Below, piece by piece: positions 26,503-41,262 of a stretch of 64,000 bases of DNA. Location of the stretch: assembly GCF_009914755.1 (NCBI RefSeq), contig NC_060930.1. The stretch is one strand, 5' to 3'. The position numbers and the translations under genes are program-made. Origin of the DNA: the human T2T-CHM13v2.0 reference genome, Homo sapiens. The notes under the pieces are model-generated. The model was given only the letters and a program-made list of their open reading frames with translations, made no database searches and was not told where the DNA came from. How positions within the stretch are numbered: the stretch's first letter is position 1; each line of letters opens with the position of its first letter.

Positions 26503-26573
26503 TTGCATTAGACAGCCATGCAAGATTCTGCTTGAAAAATGGATTCTACTGTTAACCCAGAAAACCACTGCTA

Positions 26574-27300
<727 letters not shown>

Positions 27301-28083
27301 AACCAGAGTTGAATACATTGAATCTACCACAATAACTATTTTGTGATTGCGTTGATACCCTTAAAGAATACTCCTTCACTTTTTTCCCATGTGGGAGGAA
27401 ATCTTCATTGAATTTTAGTTTCTTAAAGTTAGAAATTCTGCCATTGTTGATTATTTCCTTTCCGTCTCATCCTTTTCCAGAGTGCTTTGAATATGCAACC
27501 ATTTATGAGAGCAGGTCATTCATTCAGTTCCAAATGCTTTGGGTAAATTCTTTTGCTTGATTGTGTTCTACAGACTTGGAAAAATGGTTGTTAGTAGAAC
27601 TTGTGGAATTTGGAGAAGAGAGCTGCAGAGAGGAAGCAGCAAGGGCAGGAGAAAGAAGGGCAGGGTGCCAAGGCAGAGGCTAAATCCATCAGAGAAACCA
27701 CGGTGCAGGTCCCCAGGCTGCCAGCCCTGAGGCAGGAAATCCATTGTTCTGCAGTCATTCATCCCGCTCTAAGCATCTGCGCCACAGACTTCCTGATTCC
27801 TTTGCCAGAAGGCCAGGTTTTTCACCTTTCGGGGTTGAAAGCTTCTAAGCCAGTACCACAGGAATTGTGCAAGGCCTTTCTTCCATCTGGCAGTTCCTTC
27901 AGGATACCTACACCTCCTCTTCCTTAGAAATCAGGGAAGTGACTCCATGTATCATGTGTCAACATTTTCAGCTGTTACCACATGCCTTTCTTCTGAGTAC
28001 TTATGTCTAATACAAATGCTTGCAGGTGAACTGTCCTTTGGAAATTACATGTGCTTAGGAAAATTTGCCTGTAAATTGATAGT

Positions 28084-28385
<302 letters not shown>

Positions 28386-28702
28386 TGATAATTTTTTAAA
28401 AATAATTTAATCAATTTCCATAGCTAAGGCTTTGTAAAATGAAGGTTCACCACACTAATGTATTTCATGGGTAAAGCCACATTTTACTTTAAAGACTTTT
28501 TCTTTACAGATAAGCGCATTATACTGTTGTTTCTTAAGAGAAGAGTTGGATCTTGCTCTATGCAGTTTCTAGGTGAAACACTGTTCAAACTCTGCCTGAC
28601 TAGCTCATTCCAGTGCTGGCCCACCAGGCATGCATAATATAGTTTGGCCAAGACAGACACTGGTTTTGTGAAACAAGACCTTTGGTGAGTCCTAATTTAT
28701 TT

Positions 28703-28706
28703 CCTC

Positions 28707-28773
<67 letters not shown>

Positions 28774-28862
28774 CTCTCTCTCTCTCTCCTTCCTTCCTTC
28801 CTTCCTTCCTTCCTTCTTTCTTTCTTTCTTTCTTTCTTTCTTCTTTCTTCTTTCTTTTTTTT
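28703..28862. repeat. Compound (TTTC)n(TC)n(CCTT)n(TTTC)n microsatellite
   Basis: ~160 bp pure polypyrimidine run. Confidence 0.97.
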
Positions 28863-29663
28863 CATATTTGACAACCTTGGATAAGTCATATAATCTGAAC
28901 CTCAATTTCCTTATTTGCAAATTGGAAGTAAAATGCTTCAAATTTGTGGTCAAGCAATTTAAAAGCAGTAACATATTTTTTAAAGGGTTAATCATAAACT
29001 GTTATACAAAACAGAGTCAGTATTGCTGTTTTAATTTATTACCATTATTATTATTCATCAATATAAACTGGAGGGTGGGGAACTTTAGGTAAGATTTCAG
29101 ATTGAAAACAAAAGCTAACAGGATCAGAAATCATATGAAATGACTGAGAGACAAACAGGTCTGCAGAGAGAGAGGGATAAAGCTGGAGGCACAGAGATAG
29201 AAAATATTGAGGTATGCATAGATACAAAGGCAGAGAAGTGAGAAGGACCAGACACCAGGAGAAGAGACACAGAAAGGAGAAGCTCCAAGTCAGACCTCAA
29301 TGACAAATGACCTCATCCTTAGCTCTTTGCTGAAGATGAAAGGAAGGTGAGCACAAGCTTTTCTTGTCTTTTTTTAGATCCAAAATGCCATCGACCTAAG
29401 TCATCGGGATCCTAATTTCTTGGGTCTTCTGCTGCTGGGATCTCATCTACAACCAAAGCACGACACTTGTGTGCATATATTTTTGGGGTCTTGTTCTAGA
29501 GTGGCTAAGCTGGAGCTGGCATCAAACCTAATGCCTTTTCACAGTCTGAAATCCAGAAAATAACAGCCATCTGACATTTCCCCTTCCATACGCCACATCT
29601 CCCATTTCTACTTGGCCAAGAGGCAAAAACCTATTTGCAAAAGGGCTTATCTAACATTCTCAC

Positions 29664-29867
29664 CTGGAATATTTATTTTTCCTTCCTGCTTCCATTCTAC
29701 TTTGCTCCAATTAACATTACCCTGACTGCAGCAGTTCAAAGATACAGGATTGTTGTCGCACATCACCATCATTTCTTCATTTGCCAAAATTTGGATGGGC
29801 ATAACATCTATTTTCTTCTTGCACTCATATTCAAAAATGTCTAATATCAGTTTGCAAACATATTCAC
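29664..29867 (-). CDS. ADGRF5: ADGRF5 exon 10 (204 nt), Ig-like
   Basis: GEYVCKLILDIFEYECKKKIDVMPIQILANEEMMVMCDNNPVSLNCCSQGNVNWSKVEWKQEGKINIP; donor G|gtgag. Confidence 0.95.
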
Positions 29868-30750
29868 CTGCATAAAATACACAAAATCATGTATTATTAT
29901 AACACATGTGTATTTTCTTAGAGGAATGTACCGTCAGCTCATGGATCATGACAGTACTTCATGAAGTATCATTTTCAAAAGCATCTGAGACTTGGTCTAA
30001 AAACGCCTAAAAAACCATTCAGGAATTCAGGAAGTGCAGATATTTCTCATGCCACAAAGTGGAGTACAGAGATGTTCTAAGGAAATAGTAGAAATTTTAG
30101 GGACTTTTCTAATAAGAAAAAAAGTATAACAATAGAAGAAGTAGAAAAGAAAAATCGAAAAGCCTTGGAGAATTAGAAAAAGATGGGTAATATTGCCGTA
30201 GTATTTAACCATGTTGTAAATCAAAATCAACAACTATGTGATAGGACCCATATGTCTATAGCCCACCTCATCATGCAGAGAAAAGAAGATGGCCCCATTG
30301 GCATCTGAGTTACAATGCGGCTATTACATTCCAGAATATGTCAGGTTCACCACTAGTCTTAGGGAAGAATTAAGCCTTATGCTTGCTTCTGTAGTTGCTT
30401 GGAGCGGGCAAGAGGACAGGAGAAAGCCGAAGAGAGGGATAACAGTGGAGAACCAGAAAATTTGGTGAGGGCAGGGAGAACGATGGATACGTTCACTCTC
30501 TTGATTGTAGTAATGATTTCACAGGTGCACGTGTGTCAAGACTTTTTAAGTATGTACAGTTTATTATATATCAATTCCTTCCTCAACAAAGCTATTTTAA
30601 ATTTTTTTAAAAATCAATTGAAAATTAAATTAATAATAAAGTAATATTATATACTAAAACAAAATAATGAAAATAATTATATTATATACTATAATAAAAC
30701 AAATAATGAAAATAATGAATTTTAAAATTAATTAACAATTAATACCACGG

Positions 30751-31122
30751 TGATATGATTTGGCTCTGTGTCCCCTCCCAAATCTCATGTCGAATTATAA
30801 TCTGCACATGTTCAGGCAGGGCCCTGGTGGTAGGTGATTTTCTCATGGGGGCAGTTTCCCCCATGCTGTTCTCATGATAGGGAGTGAGTTCTCATGAGAT
30901 CTGATGGTTTAAAACCAGATGTTTGACAATTCCCCAGACCCTCTCTCCCTCTCCTGCTGCCATGCAAGACATGCCTTGCTTCCCCTTTGCCTTCTGCCAT
31001 GATTGTAACTTTCCTGAGGCCTCCCCAACCATGCAGAACTGTGAGTCAATTAAACCTTTTTTCTTCATAAATTACCCAATCTCAGGTAGTTCTTTACAGC
31101 AGTGTAAAAATGGACTAATACA
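30751..31122 (+). mobile_element. MaLR solo LTR (MSTA/THE1D-like)
   Basis: TGATATGATTTGGCTCTGTGTCC...GAACTGTGAGTCAATTAAACC...GGACTAATACA with TG...CA termini. Confidence 0.9.
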
Positions 31123-31279
31123 TATCGGATTAATTTTCAGTTTTGAAAGGTTGAACCAGGAGACTTATTTTGGAAGAGAAAAACACTATCTACATAGCTA
31201 CGTAAAACACTATTACATATTTGCTGCTTTATAAGCTCTTCATTCCATTCCTCACACAAGTTACTGAATGGAGACCTAC

Positions 31280-31501
31280 CTGCATCACCTGGAGTGATGT
31301 TGTGGATGGTGAGCTTGGACACCGAAGTCATGTTGTTGAAAAGTGCGGTGTAAATCGAGAATCTGCTGCTGTTCTGGATTTCCAACTGCTGTTCTTCATA
31401 GCGCCAAGACACATTGGAGGACAAAACTTCCTTTTCACACACCAGACTGACTGTGTCCCCTTCAAAGATGATTTCTGGTGTGACAAAGAAATTGCTTTCA
31501 T
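31280..31501 (-). CDS. ADGRF5: ADGRF5 exon 9 (222 nt), Ig-like
   Basis: ESNFFVTPEIIFEGDTVSLVCEKEVLSSNVSWRY...LTIHNITPGDA; donor G|gtaggt. Confidence 0.96.
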
Positions 31502-32252
31502 CTGGAAACCCAAAGAAAAGTTAATAAGATCCCAAAGCAAATAAATGTCACTGATGCTACTCACCACACACAACCACCACAAGGCTCTTGGAGATCTTGA
31601 CAGCATCTGTGGTGCTGAACTGGCTGAGGCAATGTGTCTCCTCACTCCATTCCCATGCAGCTGGTGTCTGAGCCCTGAGGAGGTATGTCCTGCCACATGC
31701 CAGGGACAGGGTTTCCCGACTGGGGTGTTTGCCCTATGGCTCCTTAACGGCAGTAATGGAGATTTTAAAGCTATTTTCAATATTTCAAAAAGTGTGGTAG
31801 AAAATTGCACATTTTTTTATAAAAAAAAAAACAAACTTAAATACCAAGTTTCTGTGCTACACACTGGAATAATATCAACTGCTTCTTATCAGTAACCAAT
31901 ATCTCAAGCTTATTGAAAGCTCTGACCTAAGTCTTGAAGGATTTAGAAATGTAAAAACAAATTAATTAATTATAATAAAGTCTGCTTGAGAAATAAGAAT
32001 TTCCTAATACTCATGGACCTCTTTAAGAGTGGGAGCTTTATAGACAGTAAGTTTGGATTTGAATCCTGGTTCTGTCCCACCCATAGCTGTGTGGCCCTGA
32101 GGAACTTGCTTAGTCTGGCCGAGCCTTAGTTCCACTGTCTGGAAAACAGGAGCAGCAAGAGAGAGTTACATTGGGAGGTGACTTGGAGAAACTGTAGCTC
32201 TTATTATTGTTTTGGCAGTAAAAATCCATGGGATCACTGCCTTATCATTTCA

Positions 32253-32564
<312 letters not shown>

Positions 32565-32917
32565 CTACTGCTCTAAAACAATGGCCCTCTATTTCTTATT
32601 GGTGCATTTTGTGAATATTTAAACCTCCACTGTGATATTAGTTTTACTTTTTTTACTTAGTTTTGGATCTGTTATACACAAACCCAGATGGCTCTGTGGC
32701 CCCCTTGTAAATCCCTGTGCCCCTTTTCCACACACCCCAGGTACAGTGGCATTAGTCAGATTGGGAGGCACTGGCATAAGAGGAGGAGGTGGTACAGAAC
32801 CCCCTGTGCCAGGAACTGGAGTGTCTAGCTTCCCAGAGGACATTGTAGCATAAACTAATTTCCTAGGTTTACGCATAACCATAAATAACATGACCATATC
32901 TAAACAATTTCACTTAC

Positions 32918-33060
32918 TGATAGTAACTGCTTGAAAGGAGTTGTAGTCCATTTTGTAGGTCTGATTGAGGCTCTGTACAACTTGTTCATTGGCTTTATGT
33001 ATTAACTCAAGTGATGGTGGTGTAGTCTTGACTTCATATGTCACAACCACACTTCCAGAC
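32918..33060 (-). CDS. ADGRF5: ADGRF5 exon 8 (143 nt), SEA autoproteolysis motif GSVVV
   Basis: SGSVVVTYEVKTTPPSLELIHKANEQVVQSLNQTYKMDYNSFQAVTI; donor A|gtaagt. Confidence 0.95.
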
Positions 33061-33511
33061 CTGGACAGAGACCACTCAGTTCAGTAAAACAATAACTGAC
33101 CTGGAAGAGTCTAGATATTTATGGCTTATTTGCTTAGGAAACAAAATAGCACAAACTGCCTGATGCAGCATGCAAATCTATGGATCTGACTGGCCAGCAG
33201 GATCTTCTGGAAGAAAGACATCATTGCATGGCATTATTTCATTTTTATATTTCTGAACTATTTGGACTACAAACTTATCCCTTATCTTTGCTTGCAAAAT
33301 TTTTTGCACATATATAGAATGAACACAAGTCTTTTTCTCTCTTTCTTTTAAACAGGTACATCTGTAAGGGGTGAGGTACTTTTTTCACCTCTACCAAACT
33401 GCTCCTGCTGAGGATTCCACATGAATAATGCCTCTCTAGGGGGTTTACCTCCTTCACTACCATATGGATCCCAGCCATAAATTAGAAATGATCAAATTAA
33501 AGTATTCTTAC

Positions 33512-33570
33512 TTGAACCCTGTCACAGTCACGCCCTTGAAGCCTGGTAAAATTCCGTAACCCTTCCGGAA
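33512..33570 (-). CDS. ADGRF5: ADGRF5 exon 7 (59 nt), SEA domain
   Basis: FRKGYGILPGFKGVTVTGFK; ttttcag| acceptor, AA|gtaag donor. Confidence 0.95.
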
Positions 33571-33741
33571 CTGAAAAATAAAGCAAGATGAATGTCATAT
33601 ATCAAAGTCGAGAAATAGGTGTATCAAAAGATCTGAAGCAGAGTAAAAACCACATATTCCTAATCACACTAGGTAAAATTATCTTCTGTCTATTTTGTTA
33701 ACTGTGGGCATTAGATTTCTGAAGAAGTAATTCCTATCTAT

Positions 33742-34095
33742 GTCAGCCTGGGTCCTCCGAGAAGTAGACTAGATGAAATGTGCAAAAAATTTACTCAGGG
33801 AAATGTCTAGGAAAGAAAACGTGGAGGGAGCAGGGAAGACAGAGAGAGCCATCAGACTCCCAAATGAAAGAGAGGGAAGGAAGGTTGGCTAAAAGCATCC
33901 TAGCCTGAGCTTGGAAATGTTCAATAAAGCCTTCCAAGGAGTCCCAGTGTCTGCCAGACACAGATGTGTTGTGCCCCTTCATTGGTAGGGAGCAGCGGTG
34001 ATGGTCGTGGATTTCAGAAGCAGCAGCTGCAGCCCTTGCTCCATTACATGACCTGTAGTTGGAGGTTTGTGAGGGGCACCCTCATGGCTGCCATA
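33742..34095. mobile_element. MLT1-like MaLR LTR remnant
   Basis: tgtcagcctgggtcctccgagaagtagac... resembles an MLT1 terminus. Confidence 0.4.
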
Positions 34096-35021
34096 CTGCA
34101 GGATTGGTTGGTGTGCCAGGTACCTAGGTGGTTGCTATGTAACTCTCTCTTTCAAAGCATATAATTTAGTGTAGTGTGTGTGTGAGGAGGGTTCTCCTGC
34201 TGTGCAGACATATTACATGCCAGAAATGTAAATCAAACATCCAAGAGCTCTTCTGAAGCGGCACTTCATCAAGGCACTCATGGGAGATGACAATATTTGG
34301 GTTACATGCTGAGATGAGCAGGAGGGTGCTGACAGCCTAAGGCAGGGCTCAGCTGACAGCCTAAGACAGGGCTCGGCTGCCAGGAGAAGGGAAGTCATTA
34401 TCTCAGCCCACCTGTAATAATCTGTGCCACATCCATTGGGAAGCTCTGTTCCAAATATGTTAACTCTAGCAAAGTGTTTAGGTTTAGATGGATCAATTCA
34501 ATGTGAAGCACTCAAGACAGGGCTGACAAACAGTTAACACTGTTGGAATACTCTCTATTTTTATGTGAATCAATTTATATCTGTCTTAGGTATGAATGCC
34601 TAGCAACCTCTGGTGTAGAGTGGTTTGAAACCCTCTGTGCTCAGCCACGGGTTGGTCTGCCCAAAAGTTGTTAGGGGTTTCATTCATGTGATATATGAAT
34701 AATAGAAATGCACCAACTCATGCTTGTAGGCTATAGGTTCTTGGGGCTTTGAATACGTTTTAGTGAATTGATGCCACGAAATCTTAACTGAACCAGTTCC
34801 ACCCTGAGAAAAATTTATGCTTATAGGTCAAGGTGAGTCACACTGTCCCCTAAACATGATTTGATTTGAGCACATATTAATTCACCATCTCAGATGTAAA
34901 AGAATAATAAATCCACATCCGTAAATTCTGACAGATCCAAGCCATGTTCATTGTGAATGCAATAGACTCAGTTCAGTCCAAACAGTTTGTTAGTTAAGAG
35001 GTTCTTGGGGCCAAAACCTAC

Positions 35022-35505
<484 letters not shown>

Positions 35506-35557
35506 TAAACTGATGTTGAATAGCCACTCAACGAGCATTTAATGAGCAGTTACTTAC

Positions 35558-35734
35558 CTTCCTGAAGCAGGCAAAAAGGTCCATTGGGAGGCAGTTCTTT
35601 AAGGCAACTGCAATGGTGCCCTGGGAGGAAGACGTCACGCTCTTGACAAATGAGATTGTGAAGACACCTTTCCCGAGGCCACCCATAACCTGTCTCGCAG
35701 GAGCACCAGATTTCATTTCCAGCAGGTCTGCAGA
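35558..35734 (-). CDS. ADGRF5: ADGRF5 exon 5 (177 nt), Cys-rich segment
   Basis: VCRPAGNEIWCSCETGYGWPRERC...HHCSCLKELPPNGPFCLLQE; gatag| acceptor, G|gtaagt donor. Confidence 0.95.
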
Positions 35735-36034
35735 CTATCGTTAATCAGAACAGCAAGGAGAGAGAAGGTGGAGAAGGTGGTCACCATATTTGTATTTATA
35801 GCCTGCAGGTATTCATTCTTGAAGAACATCCGAATCTGACTTTATATTACCTTTCTGAGAAGTTCAATAGCACTGCATAAAATTGATATTTGCATGTATG
35901 CATCACCATGCTATTAGCTATGACAATCTGAAAGATGACTGCTGTGACGGTTGAGTGATGAATGGCTAAGTCATCTTTTAGATAGTCATGCCTAATAGCT
36001 AATAGCCACCAGATGTCTATGATGATAAGTATAA

Positions 36035-36865
36035 GGTAGCTAGCCTCCAAGATGACCTTTGCCCATCCCTACCACTAGGTATTCAAACCCTTTTGTACTA
36101 CCTTCTTATATTGTACTAGGATTGGTCTATGTAATCAACAGAATAAGGTAGAGGTGATGGTATGGCACTTCTGAGATTATGTTATTAAAAACACTATAGT
36201 TCCTCTTGGTTGCTCTCTCTCTTTCTCTTTCTCCCCTCACTCTGGGGGAAGTTGACTGCCATGGCATGAAGACACATCATGGAGAGGTCCACATGGCAAG
36301 GAACTGAGGTCTACAGCCAATAGCTAGTGAGGAACTGGAGGCTGCCAACAACCACATGAGTTAGCTTAGAAATAAATTTTACAGGCCAGGCACAGTGGCT
36401 CACTCCTATAATCCCAGCACTTGGGAGGCCAAGGCAGTTGGATCACTTGAGCCCAGGAGTTTGAGACCAGCCTGGGCAACATTGCAAAACCCTATCCTAC
36501 AAACAATACAAAAACATTAGCTGGGCATGGTGGTGTGTCCCAGCTACTCAGGAGGCTGAGGTGGGAGGATTGCTTGAGCCTGGGAGGAAGAGGTTGCAGT
36601 GAGTTGAGATTGCAACCACTACACTCCAGCCTGGGCAACAAAGTGAGACCCTGTCTCAAAAAAAAAAAAAAGAAAAAGAAAAAGAAAGAAAGGAAGAAAG
36701 AAAAAACAGAATTTTTTTTCATATGCCAGTTGTGCTTTCATATGATGACAGCACTGGTTGATAGATTATTTATAAACTTACAAGAGACCCTGAGCCAGAA
36801 CCACCCAGCTAAGCTGCTCTAAGATTTCTGACCCTCAAAAACTGAGTCTATCTTCTAATAAGAGA
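36035..36865 (+). mobile_element. MLT1 MaLR LTR interrupted by an AluJ (36384-36715, +)
   Basis: gcctccaagatg...ggagaggtccacatggcaaggaactgagg...[Alu]...gagaccctgagccagaaccacccagctaagc. Confidence 0.75.
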
Positions 36866-39794
36866 ACTAAACTTTTTGTTTTTCCATTACCATAAAAACC
36901 CTGCTTAGGACACAAAGACAAAAAGAAAAAAGTTTCCTTTTACATCCCGCACTCGCAGAGAAAAACAAGAGGTCTTGTCTTGATGGAAGCCCCAGTGAGG
37001 AAGAATAAGCATTCTCAAATTAAAGTGAGACCCTCTGGCCTGGGGCTGGTTCATCTCTGGGCCTATGTACCACATAAAAAGAAGGGTCAACCTTGGCATT
37101 GCAGTGAGTGACTTTCACGGCTTTAGTGCATTTTCATCTCCCAGAGTGAGCAAAAAGGACCAATGCTTCCTTTCTACATGTTAAATGCTGCAGGATGTAT
37201 GTTAGAGCATACCTCTATTTGTAGACTATTGTAGATATAGTTTATAAGGCAAATAAGTTTATACGTGTATAGAAGTTTATTTTCATATAACTGTTAGTAC
37301 CAACACTCATCAATACTTCCACCTTCTACATCTTAATTCTTAACAAATATAAATACAATGATTTAAAAAACTCTCAGATAATAAATGTTTGTTATTTTAT
37401 GATGCTAGGTTTTAGACTCTGTTGTGCACCAATAGATAACAAATGTAGAGTGCAAGTAAATTTGTGTCTTTTACATATCAAGTCAGGTGTGAACAGCCTA
37501 CATGAACTCTGCTCTCATTGGAGACAGTAAGAAATGTTCTGAAATCAGAGTGCTTTGAATCAATTTCCAAAGCTAGACCAAAGTCACATCTTTGGGAGCT
37601 GTTTGTTCTGCAGATGGGTAGCCAGGCAAAGTCCCACAGAGTGACTATCCAAAGGGAAGTTATCAAATAGTTGTTTCTGAAATAGGAGGGACAACACGTT
37701 CGAGTTAATTCCTTGGGCACTGATGCAGCCTGTGTCCCAGCAGTGGGTGGCAGTGGGGCAGGAGAATTAGAAATAGAAGAAACTGGAGCTACTAACAAAG
37801 AAGCTGAGTGCCCGCTAGAGGTAATTTGAGGATAGCCAACAGGATCCCACTTGTTGAAATCTCTCTTACTGACATGAAATTCCAGTGCTAAAGCAATTTT
37901 GTTATTGTCTTCTGTTTTGTAAGGGAGCATTATGGGAGGAGTAGTTGAAGAACTTTTGAGTCCCACATAAAATGCAAACATGCCTTAGGAGAATGGAAAA
38001 AGTTACCACTTCCAGACCACCTGACATATCCCAGGTATTGTTCGGTGCTTTACTCACATTGTCCGGTTTTAAATATCCTCAGTTTTATTTGCCATTACTA
38101 AAAAAGGATCATAAGGTAGGCTGTTAGAAGAATGAGGCGAGGGAAGGATGGAAAAAGGAAGATGGTGAAAGTTTGGATGCTTAGACATTAGTGCCATGGT
38201 CAGTAGGCCTAACCTTCATTGCCCACCCATCCCATTCACTTCCTCTTTTAGGCCAACTCCTCTTAGCTGTTCCCTGCTGGTCCTGAGGTCCATGAGCCTG
38301 AGGCTTTCTCTGCCACATTGAAGTATCCACTTTTGTCAAACCTGTTTCATAGTTCACTATCAGAAAAGATTCACCCCCTCTATGTGTGAATGACCAGTCT
38401 TTCTGGAAGGATAAATTAAACTTTCCAAGGTCAATTGCATTTTAATTGAGAAGCTTGTTAACTCAAGTTTTTAAGATGGTGAAGCCTCTTGAAGTCATCC
38501 CATCTCTAGTAGAAAAAAATCAGAGAGAGTTTGTTAGTATGTTTATATTGAATATATGTAAGATAAACTCACAACTAAAGCTCAAGTGTCTATAATCACA
38601 AGTTGTTCAACAAAAAACTATTTTTGATACTTGGTCTGTTTTGTTTACTGGATTCACTTACTAGCACCTACAGAGATACCAAAAGGTTTCTGTTAAAAAA
38701 TTTGGGAAGCAAAATTGACTAAAATCTATCCAATAATTTATTCTAAAGGCAAAAGATCTGTGCCGGGTGGGAACATAGAAGGGTGTTTCTTATGTATTTT
38801 CCAAAGTACCCTAGTTCGGTGAGATGTTCTATGGATAAACAGTGGGAAACACAGCAGAAGTTCACTGCTCCTGAAGGACTCATAATGCACATTGGCATCC
38901 AACTGGAAAACCACTAACTCAAGGAAATTAGTGCTAATGGTAGAAATCAGTGGGAAATGGCATCCAAAAGGAGTGATAAGGGAGCTATGACTTCGAGTAA
39001 CATATATTAAGAATCAAAAATTAAAATGCATGTACCGACATTGGGATGGACTATTTGAAATATGCGAATTCAAGAAGAATTTCAAAAACAGGAATTTTTT
39101 CTTGCCTTCATTTTAGAATAATAAAACCCAACATCTATTAGTGCTTTCCAATTTAAAAAACAATTCCCTGTTATCAGATAACTGGAAGCCTTATCTCACA
39201 ACTTCTACTGTATACCAAGTCTTGGGTGATGGTTTCTGGAGACATAGGGAAGTTAGCATGACCTTGGAAAAGAGTTTGCAACCAGAAAGTCCAATCTATG
39301 GCCTAAGAGGTTCTACTTAATGCCTTGCTTCTGATGCAGGCATGTACCTGTTTCCTATTTCCTGACCTATAATGCCAAAGAGAAGGGTATCTGGTACTTA
39401 CTAATATCTTGAACCAGTCCTTGTTGTGTCCATTGATATACCAAGGGAGGAGGACACAGGGAAGAGGACCCAGTAGTTTATCTGCCCAAGGGAAGAGGAC
39501 CCAGTAGTTTATTATGAAGGACCTGGCCATATCTTGGGATCACTTTATGACAAGCATCATACAAACCACCAAGCAAACCTTTGGTCACCATTTAAAATAA
39601 GAAACCTCTGGCTGCAGAGTTTACTGATAGAGGCTTCATTCAGGAAGGCTGTGAAGTCACAGAATCACACATCCGTCTCGGTGAGTCATTTCACTTGCCT
39701 ACTAAGTAAAAGATTGCTCTGATACTCAGGAGCTCAGACAGTCTGTCTCAAGACATCCAATCATTTATTCTGAAGCAATGGGTCTCTTACTCAC

Positions 39795-39965
39795 CTGTTG
39801 TCACATTTATGCTCAAAATGTCAGTAATTTGGTCAGTGTTATTCCCATGAATTGGAAAACTGAGGCTGTTCAAGTAGGCTTTGATAGGATCCAGGAAGGA
39901 TGCATTTTCAAAACTGATCTCAATATTAACAGTGTATTCTTCAGCCGTAGGACTTTTTGTGGCAA
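39795..39965 (-). CDS. ADGRF5: ADGRF5 exon 4 (171 nt)
   Basis: VATKSPTAEEYTVNIEISFENASFLDPIKAYLNSLSFPIHGNNTDQITDILSINVTT; tgcag| acceptor, G|gtgagt donor. Confidence 0.95.
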
Positions 39966-40612
39966 CTGCAATGAAAGCACATGAAGGCTGAGAGAACTTA
40001 CCATGGGAGATGGAGTAAGATCATGATGGATATTTCAGCAGTTAAAGGTAATGACAGGTACATGTGAATGGTTGGTCTATCAACCCTTAGGAATTTCTAA
40101 TGAAATCTTTAGAGAAAAAGAAGGTTTATTTACTCACCACCTTGGTGTCCAAGGCCAAGCACTGCTGTGTGAAGTATGGAATGTAACGAGGCAAGAGCGG
40201 AAGCAGAGAGAATAGCAGGGAGGGTCTGGGAACTGTTCGGGCAAAATATGTCACAGTCAGGACTCAAAGGAGTGAGTCAGTGTTTCATCTGCAGTATGCA
40301 TCAGTCGATAGATGCACACTCTAAGGGCTGAACCATGCATGGATTGAAGACATCTGGGAAAAGTCACCCAGTTAATTCTCTTTGCCCTTAGCCTATGGAA
40401 ACAGCATATATTCTTTGCTCTTCCTCTGTATCTCCAGTGTTCAGAACTGGACACTGCTTTTGTTGAGGTGCTCAACAAAAGTTTGGCAAATTGGATAGTA
40501 AAATAAAAGAGATTTTCAGCTCTTCATTGTTTTTCCAAATTGTCTCCGGGTGGTTACCTGGCTTGCATTCAAGATGGATCTGTTCCCCAACACACAGCTA
40601 CATCAGGCAGGC

Positions 40613-41010
40613 TAATATATATGTATATGTGTGTGTATGTGTATACATATATATATATATATAAAATATATAGAGAGAGTATATATAGTATATACAGTCT
40701 CTATATAGAATTATATATATAGACTACTATATATACTATATAGTATATATAGTACAGTATATATAGTATAGTAATATAGTATATATAGTCTATATACAGT
40801 AGTCTATATAGAGTAGTCCATATACAGTCTATGTATAGAGACTACATAGTCTTTGTATAGTATATATACTACATAAAGTATAAAGACTATAGTCTTTATA
40901 TAGTATATATACTAAAGTCTATATATAGTATGCTATATATAGTCTAAGTTTATATATAGAGAGAGACTATATATAGTCTACTCTATGTTTATATAGACAC
41001 TATATATATA

Positions 41011-41052
<42 letters not shown>

Positions 41053-41262
41053 GTCTGGCCTGCCTGAGGTAGGTGTGTGTTGAGGAACAGATCCACCTTG
41101 ACTATGGTAGTCTATATTGACTACTATATATACACATATAGACTATATTTAGACTGTCTAGTCTAGTCTATATATATAGTCTGTACAAACGTTATATATT
41201 ATATATAAACACTATATATAATATATTATGTGTGTGTGTATATATATATATATATACATAGT
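40613..41262. repeat. TA-rich quasi-palindromic low-complexity tract with (TG)n/(TA)n runs
   Basis: Units tagactatata and tatatagtcta in both orientations. Confidence 0.93.

Noticed and set aside
28600-29092. K/E/R-rich and F/L/S-rich ORFs
   Set aside because: Translations of the (TTTC)n microsatellite.
29860-29870. cag|GTGAAT at the start of exon 10 (and cag|GTACAG at exon 19) as recursive splice sites
   Set aside because: AG|GT is common at exon starts and the introns are short, so nothing in the sequence supports recursive splicing.
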